NCBI RefSeq assembly: GCF_040938485.1
Contig: NW_027272283.1
Coordinates: 124,001 to 188,000, forward strand
Direction: 5' to 3'
Source: Diadema antillarum
Lineage: Eukaryota
Length of the DNA: 64,000 bases
The notes under the pieces are model-generated. The model was given only the letters and a program-made list of their open reading frames with translations, did no database searches and had not been told where the DNA came from. Positions 26,480 to 39,590 of this stretch are shown one piece after another (position 1 is the first letter of the stretch; every line of letters begins with the position of its first letter). Made by a program: the position numbers and the translations under genes.

Positions 26480-26605
26480 GTTTTAAATACTAACTTGTAG
26501 GTGAGTTTCTTCTGGGTGTACATCAACAGCCTGCTGAATCCACTTTGCTACGCTGCTGCTAACCGCACCTTTCGCCGCGTCATCGTGGGCTTCTTCAGGG
26601 GATGA
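20641..26605 (+). CDS. Class A (rhodopsin-like) GPCR, muscarinic/histamine-receptor-like, 535 aa; join(20641..22143,26501..26605)
   Basis: TM1 ANSL, TM2 ADLVIG, C3.25, D3.32 (IIDHV), AIDRY, ECL2 Cys, TM5 IIP, long ICL3 and TM6 FSWSPW lie in exon 1. A phase-0 GTAAGT donor at 22144 joins exon 2 (VSFFWVYINSLLNPLCYAAANRTFRRVIVGFFRG*), which supplies TM7 NPxxY and helix 8. AATAAA at 27193. Confidence 0.92.
25632..25914. mobile_element. Small palindromic MITE built of 15-bp GGTTCGTTATTCCGAA-type subrepeats, in the GPCR intron
   Basis: Direct subrepeats at the left, inverted copies (TTCGGAATAACGA) at the right, and imperfect CGG...CCG termini. Confidence 0.7.
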
Positions 26606-28591
26606 AGAGATCACGGACATACACGCGATGCGGATCTTGACAAGTGCGGGTGGTAATTCCCCATCACGACTTTACCACAAACATCAGCGATATAGCATCT
26701 TCTCAGTAATCACCAGCCGCCATGAATTTTTACTTCGTTTGGCAAAGGATTTTGATTGTTGTGAGAAAAGCTGCACCTCACGTTAGCGATCAGTATTAGA
26801 TGTCGAGTTAGATAAAGCAAACTGAAGCAACGGAATAACCGCTAAATGTCATCATGCATGTGCCATTCATCACCAGGGCTAAATGGAAGGAGGGAGTAAT
26901 GTCATTCAGCGTTTTGAAGCCAAAATGCGGTGACTGAATTTGCAACTGGAAGCGTTTCCTTATTGTTTTTTTTCTTTTAAACCAACACTTCTCTATAAAG
27001 TATATCTATGAAGATGAGGTACTCTTCTAGATCCTCGAAAAATCCCATGAGGTGTCAGTGAGCTCATACACTAATTTATCATCCTGACACACAAACGACA
27101 TCTATAGATGCTTCAACTTAAGTTATTGCTGATCAGCATGGTTTACGTTTAATCCACACTTATCTTGACACAAGCAAGCAAGCAAACAAAGTAATAAATT
27201 GCCATTATTGTATATCACCATAGTTTATAACTTCTATTGTTATTATTTAGAGGCATCATTTTACGTTTCCATTGGCGTTTGCTTTCGGGGTTCATGGGGT
27301 TATAGGACAAACACAGACATTGAGTTTCTGCAGTTTTCACAACATGTTTACGAACTAGAATCATATTGTCACGCTAATCGATTTGATGACATGAATTTGT
27401 TAAAATGTGTTAATTTCTTTAGTAAATGATGATGCCCTGAACTGGCGATTTTTGTTTTCGATAATTAAAAGCCAGAAATTACTAATTATTGAAATATGTG
27501 AGACTTTGACAGGAAAATATTAAGATAATGTTTAATCATTTACGTCAACGATCAAAATCCAGTAACGAGTTATCCTTAAAGCAAAACAAAATTTTATAAT
27601 GAAAGATCAACATAAAGTAGTAACCAATGACAAAGTCGTACGATTGTAGAAGTAATGAGAATCTAGGTACACCGTAAAAGTTGTAATATTTCATCAAACT
27701 TTTTAAAAGTTTGCAATTACCACCTTCATACCAAATATTTAGCCAACCTGTTGTCGAAGTTATTCCAAATTTACATTACTTGATAAGAAAAAAAAAATCG
27801 CTTGTAAATTATGACATACAGAGTGACGAAGAATCGTATGGTAGGTTTCCGGGTTTATTTCAATATTAAATGATTCCAAGTGCGCCTATAAATGATAAAT
27901 TATTAGTTTTGCCACTCCTTAAAATTCACGAAGAACCACCGCCCGTGTGCACGGTCAATTTAGTGTATTGTATGAAGTTGTATAAAGTTGCTGGTAAAAG
28001 TGCATTCATACCGAAATTTCCAAAACCTTTTTTCCAAAATATAAATCAATAGTGACCAACGAGAGTGATTTCCCTCTATCCATTCATCTATGATGTCATG
28101 TAATTCCAGAGATATCGATTTACACATAAGTGCAAGGCAATAACAATATGTTTTCTTTTTTTCCCCTCTGGCTAGAAGAAGTTTTGCCTCTTTCTGTTAA
28201 CAGTATGTCCTCTCCAGACGTTACAAAAGTAAAATACTAGTATTGCAATATTTGTCTCCCTTATTTTTAGGGGCACTGTACTAAAAGTGACACTCTAAGC
28301 AAGGAAACTCTTCCGCTAGAATTACAACCTGCAAACAACATTAAGACGTTTTCTCCAGCCTTTATGGCCTTGTTCATACTTCAGTTTGCAATCGAACTCT
28401 GCTGGCAACGAGAAGGGAAGCGAAAATAATCGATAATATCTTGAACAAACAGAAGAAATTCAATTATTCTAATCGAGCTATAGAAAGAAACTGACATTTA
28501 GATACCTCTCTGATGGTGTATTGTCGTCTTGATACACTGTGTTGTAAACGATGTACAACTCTCTAAGTCTGTCTGTCTGTTTCTCTCTGTA

Positions 28592-28637
<46 letters not shown>

Positions 28638-31600
28638 CATATATATGTACTGTCTATATTTATATATTTATATATTTACATATATCGTGAACTGAACATA
28701 AGCAACGATGTAGGTTTGCAATGAACTATTGGTAACTATATAAAAGATCATTGACACCATAGAGAGCTGTTTAGAAAATAACAGGAGACGGAGTTCTTAT
28801 CATTTAATTAGTGGAATTATGATAGAAAGTAATAATTGGATAGTATTTTCAGTCGGAATCATTCCGCTGAAAGCTAGAACGTGAAAAATATTGTCATATA
28901 AACATTATCGCGGTATCGTTATTTCACTTTCGAGTTCGGGCGAAGACGGATTACTGTTTTCAAAATAAATTGTCATCAACGTAGCAATTGCTTAAGTTTT
29001 GTTTGCGGTTTCCACGCAAAATGTTATGTAATTTCTAACATCGAGATAGATTTTATGGTGATACAGCAACTTCATTTCAGTACAAACAGGTAAAAAATTG
29101 CAGTCAGAATATATTTCCCATAGGAAAAGTATTGATCAGATGTTGTGCTCCTTAAGTATACGAGAAGTAACACAAAATAATGGAGTAAAAGCTCACCATG
29201 CTTTGGTGCTACCGTTCACTAATATGAACACAGTCTGTATATCCCGAGAAAGGTTCAGAGTAAGGTGAGGTTTTTTTTTTTTGGTTTTTGTTTTGTTTGT
29301 TTGTTTGTTTTTTTGGGGTGTTTGGCAACCGATTTTGGGACACAATTAACTGTCATCCAAAATGTTCCCCCTCCCCCATCCTAAAGATGAATCGAGATCC
29401 CTGTTCCCTATATAAACTTGGCCCCTCACGTTTAAAACGTAGCGCCGGCCCTGTGTATTACCATATTGAAGATTCTATAATGAAAGTCTTAGGCAATGGG
29501 GTCGAAGGTCGGAGTTAAAGGGTGAGGGGAAAATGGAAATATTTAACTTTTTCTCCAATACTCGGATATGGCTCAGGTATCTTCATGAAACTTTGTAGGC
29601 TTTATATGCATATACTGCCCGACAATGATTAATTTAAGAATTTGGGGTCATCGGTCAATGGTCAATGGTCAAAATCCAGGTTAGAATGTAAAATTCTACC
29701 ATTTGATGGTGAAATTAAACCTCTTCTAGATACCTTGGGTATTACCCAATGCATAAACTTAGTCATCCTATTAAAGCATATGCATGGTTTTCTGCACAAT
29801 GATTCTGTAGGAAAAGATTTTGGCCATGGGGTTAACCGTCAAGAGAAAATGCTAAAACGTCACAATTTTCCCCATGCTTTGAAAAATAGCTCAAATTATC
29901 GTTAGGAAATGTACATTACCAATGAAATATTGTGAGCCATGGAGTCTAAGGGTCAAGGGTCAAGTGAAATGCTAAATTTCCCAAATAATTCCTACTCTAA
30001 ACAATATAGCCATCCATCCAAACGCCGAATGAAACTATAGTTCAAGAAAAGTAAACACTCAACACTTTTGTAACAAACATGCAATTTCGATTTTTTGTTG
30101 TTGTTTTGTTTGTGAAGCTGACGTCTCACATTGTCAAGGAGTACTCTAGACTTACTGAAAGAACCATGCGACGTGGCCAGGAAATACCAGTCGCCATAGC
30201 AACATTTCTAATTCCCTTCTATAACAGGAGAGAATAACTCGCAGATAATTTCTTGAAACCTGCTAGCATTTTAACTAACTGCTTCGTCCAGTGTTTCCAT
30301 ATCGCTGATATTCTTCAGGACCAAATTCTGAATATTTTTTGGCCAAAATTCGGGCAAACTGTTTTTGTTTATTTTGCTTTGGTTTTGTTATTGATTTTTT
30401 TTTTTTTTTTTTTGCAGGGCCAAATTTATATATCCATTAATAGAGCTAGGTGTGTCTCCTATGGACAAGATATAATCATCTCATGAATGTGTGATGTCAT
30501 GGAAAATGATATTTATACCTCAATCTATATGATATGTAAGACTGTAATAGTGAAATGTTACGTAGTCGTACAGTACGTGGCAATTGAAGCCCTTTATCAT
30601 ACTAGACTTGCCACTTTTCATATGAATGTAATTGTTTAACCTTTATCATATTCTATGTAATAGCTTATCATCAGTTTGAAATCAGCAACGTAATCACTTT
30701 CATGTTGTCTGTCTATGAAAGTTGCAGAATCGGTATTTTTTATGTGTTCATGTTGTCAGGTCGTGAAAAATTAACCAGTTCAGGGTTCAGTGAAAATTCA
30801 GTGTGTATTTGCACGTATGTGTGTTCATGTGTCTGCGTTTGTGTGAGCTCGTACATGTGAATGGAACTTAATAGGGTAATGTGTCGAATACAATCAGGTT
30901 AGTCTTGTTAAATATGGAAAAGGACGTGGAAGGATAGATGACATTTTAAACTGTTGATTCTGGTTTGTTTGATGTTGTCGTTGTATTTCCAGACTGAAAT
31001 TCACTAGATATATAAAAGGTTTGTTCATTCCCTTTCTGGTTATATCGAGATGATCGTGTACGCCTAAAAGATATTTTGTTTTATCATTCATTTGATATGA
31101 GATTATTCACGTGAAATTGAGTAAGTCATAACATTTTTTTTTGTTTCAATAAGTGTGTACGTTTTATGTACGTGCACTTTTGCAGTGTACATACACAAGT
31201 GAATGGAATGGAAACATTAAGTATTACAGGAAAAGATCAAAATCGTGTTGCATTGGTGAATTTCGATGTATCATCTCATGCCTCTGAAGGTCTGTGTGTT
31301 CCTGTCGCATGCATTGTTAAAAAAATGTGCGTTATAATTGTGGGTATGTGCGTTTATTGTACTCGTGTATAGTATGTATGGTACATCTATATGATAGTCA
31401 GCAAAAACAGAAAGTAAACACATTTTTCGGAGTTCATGTTTTCATAGAAGACTTAGATGAAAATTAGTGTATTGTATACCATATCAAAGGTAATTTTATT
31501 GGCTATCAAGCTAGTGCATTAATACATAAAGACATTTCATGCATGAGTGAACACATTCATTTTTGCTCTCTATAAGGCACAAGGGTAAAGATGGCACAAA

Positions 31601-32485
31601 TTGCAAGTTGTCTTTCATTTGCAAATGCTCATCAAGAAAACACTGACAACGAAAGACCATGAATGAAATACTAAATTAAGTTTTCGTTCTCTTTATCTCT
31701 TTAACCTGAAACAAAAACAGAGCAGGAAACTATAGGGGGAAATAAGAATACCATGTCAACTCAACTTCAAATGATATAGAGAAAAGGCATAAAGATTATT
31801 ACATGAACAGAACAGAATTTCTTTTTTTATGCTATCAATTTGGTAATCTAAGAATTCATAACACAAACTTCAGAACCAAATATTTGCAGTTTTCCAAATT
31901 TGCGGAAAAACAATACAAATTTATATAGTTTTTGTTGACATTGGTTGATATTGATTCTTCTCTTATTCTATTGGAATCTCGATTTGACAGAAGAATCTTT
32001 ATTTTGTTCTATTATTTTAGCTTTCATTGATCTCTTTGGCTCTTAAGATATATAATAGAGATCATAGCTTTGTTTTTGCAAATGAACTCATTTTTCCTTT
32101 TGAAATTGTGTAAATGTGAAATTTGTCTCTTGTTCTTATTGTTATATATAAGAGCACTTATACATGAATGGCTTGTTCATTTTTGCAATTTTTACTTTTG
32201 TGCCTTTGAAGAGAAAAACAAAGATGTTCATTCATGCTTAATGTTTCCCTTTTTATTGACTTACCAGGTTTATTCTCAATTAAATTATTTTTGATACGGT
32301 ATAAAATACATTAACTTTCAGCAAGATACTATATGAACTTAAAAAGTTGTTTACTTTCCTCTTTTGCTGAGTGTATATGCATATATGTATTATATCACAT
32401 ACACACACACACACACACATATATGTATATATATATATATATATATAGGCCTCTGTATCTTTATGCATATGTATTATATAGGCAC

Positions 32486-32529
<44 letters not shown>

Positions 32530-33222
32530 CTGTTAGTCTGTCTATCTGTCTGTGCGCGCGCGCGCCCGCGTATCTTTATCTCTCAGCAAACGTTAATTTG
32601 AGCATCTTGGCAAGTGCGATAACTTCTCTGAAGAGACTTCATGCCCAAACATGTTGTTAACTAGCACGCTCAGTATTTCATTCTGACTTTATTGTTCAAA
32701 TGAGACAGTATACACAACCTGAGCATATCTTTTTCAGAAGTATTATCAAGGTAAAGACAAAGTCATAAATTATTTTCATAGGTTGAGCTAAACACAAGAG
32801 GAAAATCTCGAATTTGCCACGTCCACCCACTCACATCACAGATCATGAAGGACTTTGAGCTCCTTTTTCTCCGACAACGTCATGTGATTAAACCCATGCC
32901 CAAGATATCTTAAAAAGATTCTTTATACTTGATGTATTATATATCCTCATAACTGGTAGAGATACCAAAACCAATACTGTGTGCATTCTGCTTTTGACTT
33001 GTGTAAAGAGAAGGAACTACGTCATAAGCATTTCACATTGTTACTACTGTATCATATGACCATAAATATCATTGTTAAAAGTATCTTTTTTGTGCAGGCA
33101 AACGATTATAGAACATTAATTGATACATTATTTTTTCATTACTTGACGGACGCATCTGGGATCGAGTAAACATGCGAGTATTAAACATAAATGTATCGCG
33201 AATATAAGGCGTCAAACGGCAT

Positions 33223-35559
33223 CTAGACGCCCCTCTTCTTGCGGTCTCCTGCAGATGGTGCGTTCTGCTCTCGCTGTCGGCGTCTCTCTTCAGCCCTCCT
33301 CTGGAGGTACTCGGCTTCCTCTGGATCGGTTACCTGAAACACTTGACGCTTCATGCGATCCAGGACATTAGGTACAGCGGCATTGTCGACAGACCGTCTG
33401 TGAACGATGCTCTCGGCTTGACCACCACCACCGCCGCTTGGGATATTGACTGCAGGTCCTGGTGCCGGCTGGTTCTCGCCGTTACCGTTGTCGTCCGATC
33501 TCTTCACAACATGTGATCGCTGGCGATCCAGGTCCTTCGGCTTGGCGGCATTGTCGACAGACCGTCTGTGAACGATGCTGTTGGGGCCATCGCCAATTGG
33601 CAAATTGACTGCAGGTCCCGGTGTCGGCTGGTCTCCGCCATTGCCGTCGTTGCCAGATCTCTTCACAACGTGCGATATTCTTACTGAGTCGGGATCCGCA
33701 ATGCCATTGTGAGCGTTCCCTAATATAGGAAATTTAAAAGAATTAAACTATCATTAACCATAATAAATGAATAATTAAATAAACAAATGAATTTTTGAGA
33801 TGGAAATGTCATTATTTTTTTTGTATCTAGAATAATGCATATGATTATATGTGTATTTCTAAATGCATGTCAAGATAAATCGGATACAAGATCTCCGAAT
33901 GTGAACATACGCATGAAATATCGTTAAGATGACATAAGATCACGACAAAGTTAAACTGCTCTTTGTTAATGTTCCATCGACGGACGTCATTTAATCCTTG
34001 ATTGCCTGTGGGAAAATAGCAAGGTAAATATGCTTTGACTTGAAAAAAAACTTATTAGAGAGATCAAAATGAGGTTTAATGTATAACATAATAATTTGTA
34101 AATAAGATAAGACATTCTAGAGGGAGACGAACATCTAAATTTTCGATTCATTTCTGCATAATAGACAAACATCGTAAATTTCAGTTAAATTATGAGATGT
34201 CTTTTTAGGTAGGGAGGCACCAATAGACCAGTTTGTAGATAGTCAAATTAAAGTTTTGAACCATCAAAACAAAACAGCTGATAGATGTCACACACTTACA
34301 TGTACGTAAGGCAAGCTTACTTGTGTGTTAACAAGCTCCCTTGAATGCTTGCGTATGTTCTTTTACTGAAAAGAAACCATTCAGACCCGTCTATGACATT
34401 GCTCATTACAAATTTGTGTCTCATTACTTTGTTTTTCTCAGGATGACCTTTATCTGCTCATACGTAAAATACAACCCCAAAGTTTTTTATCCTTCCAAAT
34501 CCAAATAGTTTTTGGATGTCACGAAATCCCGCAACAATACTTATATCTTCGTCTTGGAGTAAATCTCTCCTTGGATCCCATCATGCCCATGGGAAGTATG
34601 ACGCATTTTGTCGTATAAATCTTTGATACATGTATTGCATTTAAGAGATAAGCTGTCTTTAACCCTTTCTAATTGGTGTAATCAATTTGATTTAAGAGTG
34701 ATGTACCCTTTTGGAGAAAGCTCAAGAATGGTGAAGACCGCATGCTTTTTCTTTCTCTCTCTCTCTCTGTTTTTTTTTAATAGAGTGGGTTACTGAAATG
34801 TATCAAGTTAGATGAAAATGGCGACTTTAGCCGTAAGAAGGCCTATGGCTAATGCGTTTTAATCAACAAGAACAGTTCTGATCTAAGTAAGATAATCAGT
34901 GATCAAAAATGCAATTATCAATGAAACCGTGGGAGTCAGAAAGTGGTAAGTGCTTCAGTCTTTAGACCTCACGACCGCACGTGGCACCCACCATATGCTA
35001 CTATAAGACCAACTACCTCCTATGACAGTACTGAAAATATTTATAAATCATTTCTGGTTAATGTCCGATTTGATATCTTTTAGTTAGCTCAATTTCCTCA
35101 TAATGAATAATAACTCTCTTTAACCAAGATAATAGAAATTCATCAATTTTTTGGAAGAAAAAGCATTAAACATGAAGTAACAAATGGCGACAAGGATCCA
35201 AATCATGCAAGTAAAGCACGTAAGAATTAATAACGTGACATTCAGATGTCCCCAGAAATATTTATGCCTATAAAGGGACACAACAAACGTCGTCTATATA
35301 CGTTCAGATCAATTTTTGTTTGAATGGAAAGAGAAGGTCTACACATTTTTTTTTTCACTGTGAAAGAAATATCATTATTTCTTCCATTTAGCAAATTTCA
35401 GACAAGGTTTCACACACCATAATCTGTTTGAAGCACACGTTCTTTTAACAACTTCTTAGGTGATTTATGGTGCGATAAAGCAACAAGAGGTTGACACTTA
35501 CCGTGTGCCCAACTGTGAAAAACAACCACAAAAATCGCCGCCCAAATCAGCTTGTCCAT
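33223..35559 (-). CDS. Secreted precursor A, 184 aa, multi-peptide precursor-like; join(minus 35559..35502, 33719..33223)
   Basis: The signal exon MDKLIWAAIFVVVFHSWAHG ends in a phase-1 GTAAGT donor. Acceptor TATTAG at 33720 continues in frame (58+497=555 nt) to a stop. Dibasic sites KR, RR, KR, RR, RMKR, RR, RRR and RKKR; internal ~55-aa duplication; AATAAA (minus) at 32688-32693. Confidence 0.85.
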
Positions 35560-35749
35560 TGCTGTCACGCCAGTGGACAGTTTCCAACTGACCCAAGCAA
35601 AGTTTGATCACTCCTTATGACTTTGATAAAAATGTCAATTAAGAACGTGTGCAATAAAATTTACTACACATCAGAAGTAGATCGTCACGCCCCACCATTG
35701 ATCTAAAAATGGCGCCTTTTTGGTGCTCCGCTGTATATGCATATTACCG

Positions 35750-37006
35750 ATGAATAAGATAGGTTCATTGATTTTTAGCGTTTGGTGTCTGACTGTGGTG
35801 TCTGCGACGACGACGTACGGGAGTAGGGCACGATGAAAATAAAAAAAAACAGGATGTAGACGATGAGGGACGATTAAAATAAGTGATTTTATTACATCAG
35901 TCATTGCATTTTTTTATATGTATGACGGATAACTCATATGCTATACTAAATATGAGGACTTGCAATTGTGACATTGATTTTAATGGTAGTCGTGTGTATT
36001 TGATTAATAATCATTATTAGTACAGGTGAAATGCCCACTATTGAAAGTGGCGGTAATGGTGATAGTAAGAAAAATAGCAGCAGCGGTAGTGATTTGTCGA
36101 TTCCTTACAGTAAGACAAGGTTTTGTATCTAAAAGAGGGACAACAAGCCTTGCAACCGAAAGCAGATCAATAAAATTATTAATGCTAAACTTGAACAGTT
36201 ATATATGAACTCTTCATATTTTACTGCTTAACGTACCCCTAATTCGCCACGTGTCTTTTCCACTTTATAAGGCAGTATACGCCTTCAATCTTATATAAAC
36301 TATTTCCTGGATAAGAACCAAAAAGCTCCTGCATAATCATTTAAATCATCTTGTCGTGTTTGGAAGATGCCATCGCTGAATTATCTTCGTCGTGTATACA
36401 TAGGAGAGTGTTGTAACACGGCGTTATGCATTTCCAAACACATTTAGAAATAGTCGCAGATGGTTACAATGCATAAAATGCCTAAAATGATACTGTTCAA
36501 AGCGGTGGTTTTAAATGGAGCGTTGCCCTTCCTAACCGTTCCGTGATAATGCGTCACTTTATGCGAACCCACCTGAAAAACGTAAATATTTCAACCGTGG
36601 GAAACTTTCTAGCAGAGCGTGCGCTCCAAATGGTTTCACACCTTTTTTTCCTTTCTGTTAACGGCTGTGAATAAAATTGCGTGAGGCATTGTTTGAAACT
36701 CTTTGGGTTTTATTGATCCAGGAAGGAACAATCATCGCAACATATTGCTCAAAATTATTTTGCACCATTTCCTACCTTTTGCTTTTGTTCCTCTGCAGAT
36801 GATGACCTTGTTCTCTTGACCGGTGAATAAGATTTTGCTAGGTCTCATTAGCTTAGCTGAATACAGTTTAATGTTGCAGTGACTCATCAGGAATGAAAAT
36901 TCAAGCATATGAAAAGTTTCTAATTATGTGCTGTCATTGGCAAGATCGTAATAAAGCCAGTAAATCGTTCACTAAACGGTTATTCTATAAGGCTCTATGG
37001 GAACAA
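35750..37006 (+). CDS. Candidate secreted micro-exon gene E (3' end undefined); join(35750..35822,36026..36109,36799..36822,36992..37006,...)
   Basis: Signal-like MNKIGSLIFSVWCLTVVSA, then three AG/GT-bounded exons of 84, 24 and 15 nt, all phase 1-1 and in frame (SEMPTIESGGNGDSKKNSSSGSDLSIPYNDDLVLLTGSMGT). The first donor (GTAGGG) and the 36025 acceptor are weak. Confidence 0.3.
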
Positions 37007-37785
37007 GTAAGTATAGCAAATCCGATCACTCATATAATATTATATCGCTAATACTGTTCAACGGCAAATTTATCAGGGCTTCGAGTCCACACAATATCGG
37101 TTACACGTGGGTAGAATTAAGTACCATGTAATTGTGAGCATGCTTCAATAGAAACACTTTTAAAACTATGTTATTCTTCTTTTTTTTGTAGTTTAACTTA
37201 ACATAACAGGAGAATACAATATTTCGGGGGTTTTGTCCTTAAGAAACCGTAGGAAGCAAGCAACTTAGACTTGAATACATCACTTAGTAGGGTTTTCCGG
37301 TGTAGTTTGTGTGTGTCTCAATTGTTAGCGAGACATTTGAATAATCATCAATAAACTTGCATCAAAATACTGTCAGGTGGTAAACTGGGTTAGGGTGTGG
37401 CGTCGCGATGGCGACAGAGGGTATAGTTCAAATCATTGTATGTAATTTACGTGCATTGGTGATCAACTGGTGAGTCATATACTCTCTGCTTGAGTAGAAG
37501 GATAAGATCGAAAATGTTTATGATAACAGTAAAAGTGTTAACATCAGGGATAATAATAAGAACAATAACAATCCTATCAATGCTAATGCTAAAGTTTGAT
37601 TTTTTTGTGTGTGTGATTATGTCTATTTTATGACTGGATTTAGTATTGCCAACGATATGTGAAAACACTTTGAAGATTTAACCTTGTTTTTGTCTTGTAA
37701 AACACTGTCATTACAGTTTTTATCACTGTTTTATTCATTATCAGCTTTATTTTCATTATTATCAATATTGTCAATGAGTACTCAC

Positions 37786-37860
37786 GACCGTTCCTTCAGC
37801 TAAAAGGCTCCTGGCCCAAGATAGCACTAACATCATGTAAGACTTCCAAAAGTGTTTATA
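37786..37860 (-). promoter_or_regulatory. Candidate TATA box and short non-coding first exon, possibly of precursor A
   Basis: TATAAA (minus) at 37860-37855 and a perfect GTGAGT donor at 37785 about 45 nt past the expected TSS. Linkage to gene A is inferred. Confidence 0.3.
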
Positions 37861-38623
37861 AAATGCAGATGCATCATAAACTTGATTTATGTGGAGTCAA
37901 GAATAGTGAGATAGGAATTTTTGAATAATTCTTCTTTCTCTAATTCTCCGGACTTCTGACAGTACATGCATTGTTGTTGTTGTTGTTGTTTTTTAAAGCA
38001 GTCACTGAGAGGGAGACGCCTATTAGTAACTTGCGTCTGCGTCAAATTGTTCAAGATTTGCTTATTTTCTTTCTTTTTTTTTCAAAAGCCTTGACAAATA
38101 TATATAATGTAACTGATGTATAGCAGTCAAGGAAGTACTTTTGTTTTTGTTTCTGTGGGGTTTTTTTTTTCTCCCGAAATAATTTCCCCATGCAAATGAA
38201 TAAATATTTCAAGCATTGTAAGACTTTTCTCATTCCAATACGATCTTACGATCTACATTATGATGAACTACATGGAAATAGGATGTTAACAAAAAGCAAC
38301 AGAAGAGACAAGATAGCACACTCACTCAACTCATGATAAAGATCTTTGGTTATGGCTGTGTGTGTTAATACAGCGGAATTAAAACATGCTCATTGCATTT
38401 TCCTTTTTTTTTGAGGCATGGTTTTTTTTTTTTTTTTTTTTTTGATGGCATAGTTGATACAGCCTCCCATTTCCAGACCACAGTTTGTTTTTTTTTTTTT
38501 TTTTTTTTTTTTTTATAGAAGCAGCTGATAGCCCCATTTTCTCCCACTGGTAGCAGTCGGCCAGGAAGAATACCAACACTCTCATCCGAAGGCACGCATG
38601 TCTCCTCAACATACTCACTTAAA

Positions 38624-39590
38624 GGATCCACACTCCAAGGTATCCACACTCCAAGGTATAACACTCCATGGCATCCACACACTAGGACATCCACACTACA
38701 AGGTATCCACACTCCAAGGTATCCACACTCCAAGGTACCCACACACCAAGGTATCCACACTCCAAGATAGCCACACTCCAAGGCATCCACACACCAAGGC
38801 ATCCACATTCCAAAGCACCTTACTCCAATGCCTTCAACCAAAGTATCCACACTCCAAGGTATCCACACTCCATGGCATCACTACTCCATGGCATCACTAC
38901 TCCAAGGTATCCACACTCCAAGGTATCCACACTTCAAGGTATCAACACTCTAAGGTATCCACACTCTGTGACATCACTACTCCAAGGTATCCACACTCTG
39001 TGACATCACTACTCCAAGGTAACCACATTCCAAGGTATCCACACTTCAAGGTATTCACACTCAATGGCATCCAAACATCAAGGTCTCCACACTCTAAGAT
39101 ATCCACACTCCAAGGTATCCACACTCCATGGCATCCACACTCCAAGGTATCCACATTCCAAGGTATCCACGCTCCGTGGCATCCACACTCCAAGGTATTC
39201 ACACTCCAAGGTATCCACACTTCAAGGTATTCACACTCCATGGCATCCACACTCCTAGGTATCCACACTCCAAGGTATCCACACTCCGAGGTATCCACAT
39301 ACCAGGGTATCTAAACTCCAAGGCATCTACACACCAAGGTATCCACACTCCAAGGTATCCACACTCTATTATAAGGCATCCACACTCCCAGGTATCCACA
39401 CTCCAAGGCATCCACACTCCCAGGTATCCACACTACAAGGCATCCACATTCTACACACTCAAAGTTATTCATACCAAGGAGGTTCATACGCCATGGCATC
39501 CACTCTGCAATGCATCCATACTCCAATGCCGTAATTATCCAAGGCATTCACACTCCAAGGCATCCACTCTCCAAGTGATTTACACTTCAA
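38624..39590. repeat. 16-bp minisatellite, consensus GGTATCCACACTCCAA (~60 degenerate units)
   Basis: Directly visible tandem array. The unit has no stop codon in any frame, which explains the overlapping His/Trp-rich ORFs. Confidence 0.95.

Noticed and set aside
30190-30203. Perfect RFX X-box GTCGCCATAGCAAC (another, GTTCCCATGGCAAC, at 55167-55180)
   Set aside because: No convincing associated gene; such motifs are frequent in repeats, and the second lies inside the coding exon of gene D.
30894-31091. Possible further phase-1 terminal exon on the minus strand (GVHDHLDITRK...)
   Set aside because: No upstream signal exon with a compatible donor was found, and the composition is background-like.
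20641-33666. GPCR as the cognate receptor for the peptides of adjacent precursor A
   Set aside because: The receptor keeps D3.32 and muscarinic/histamine-like TM6-TM7 features typical of amine receptors; proximity alone is not evidence.
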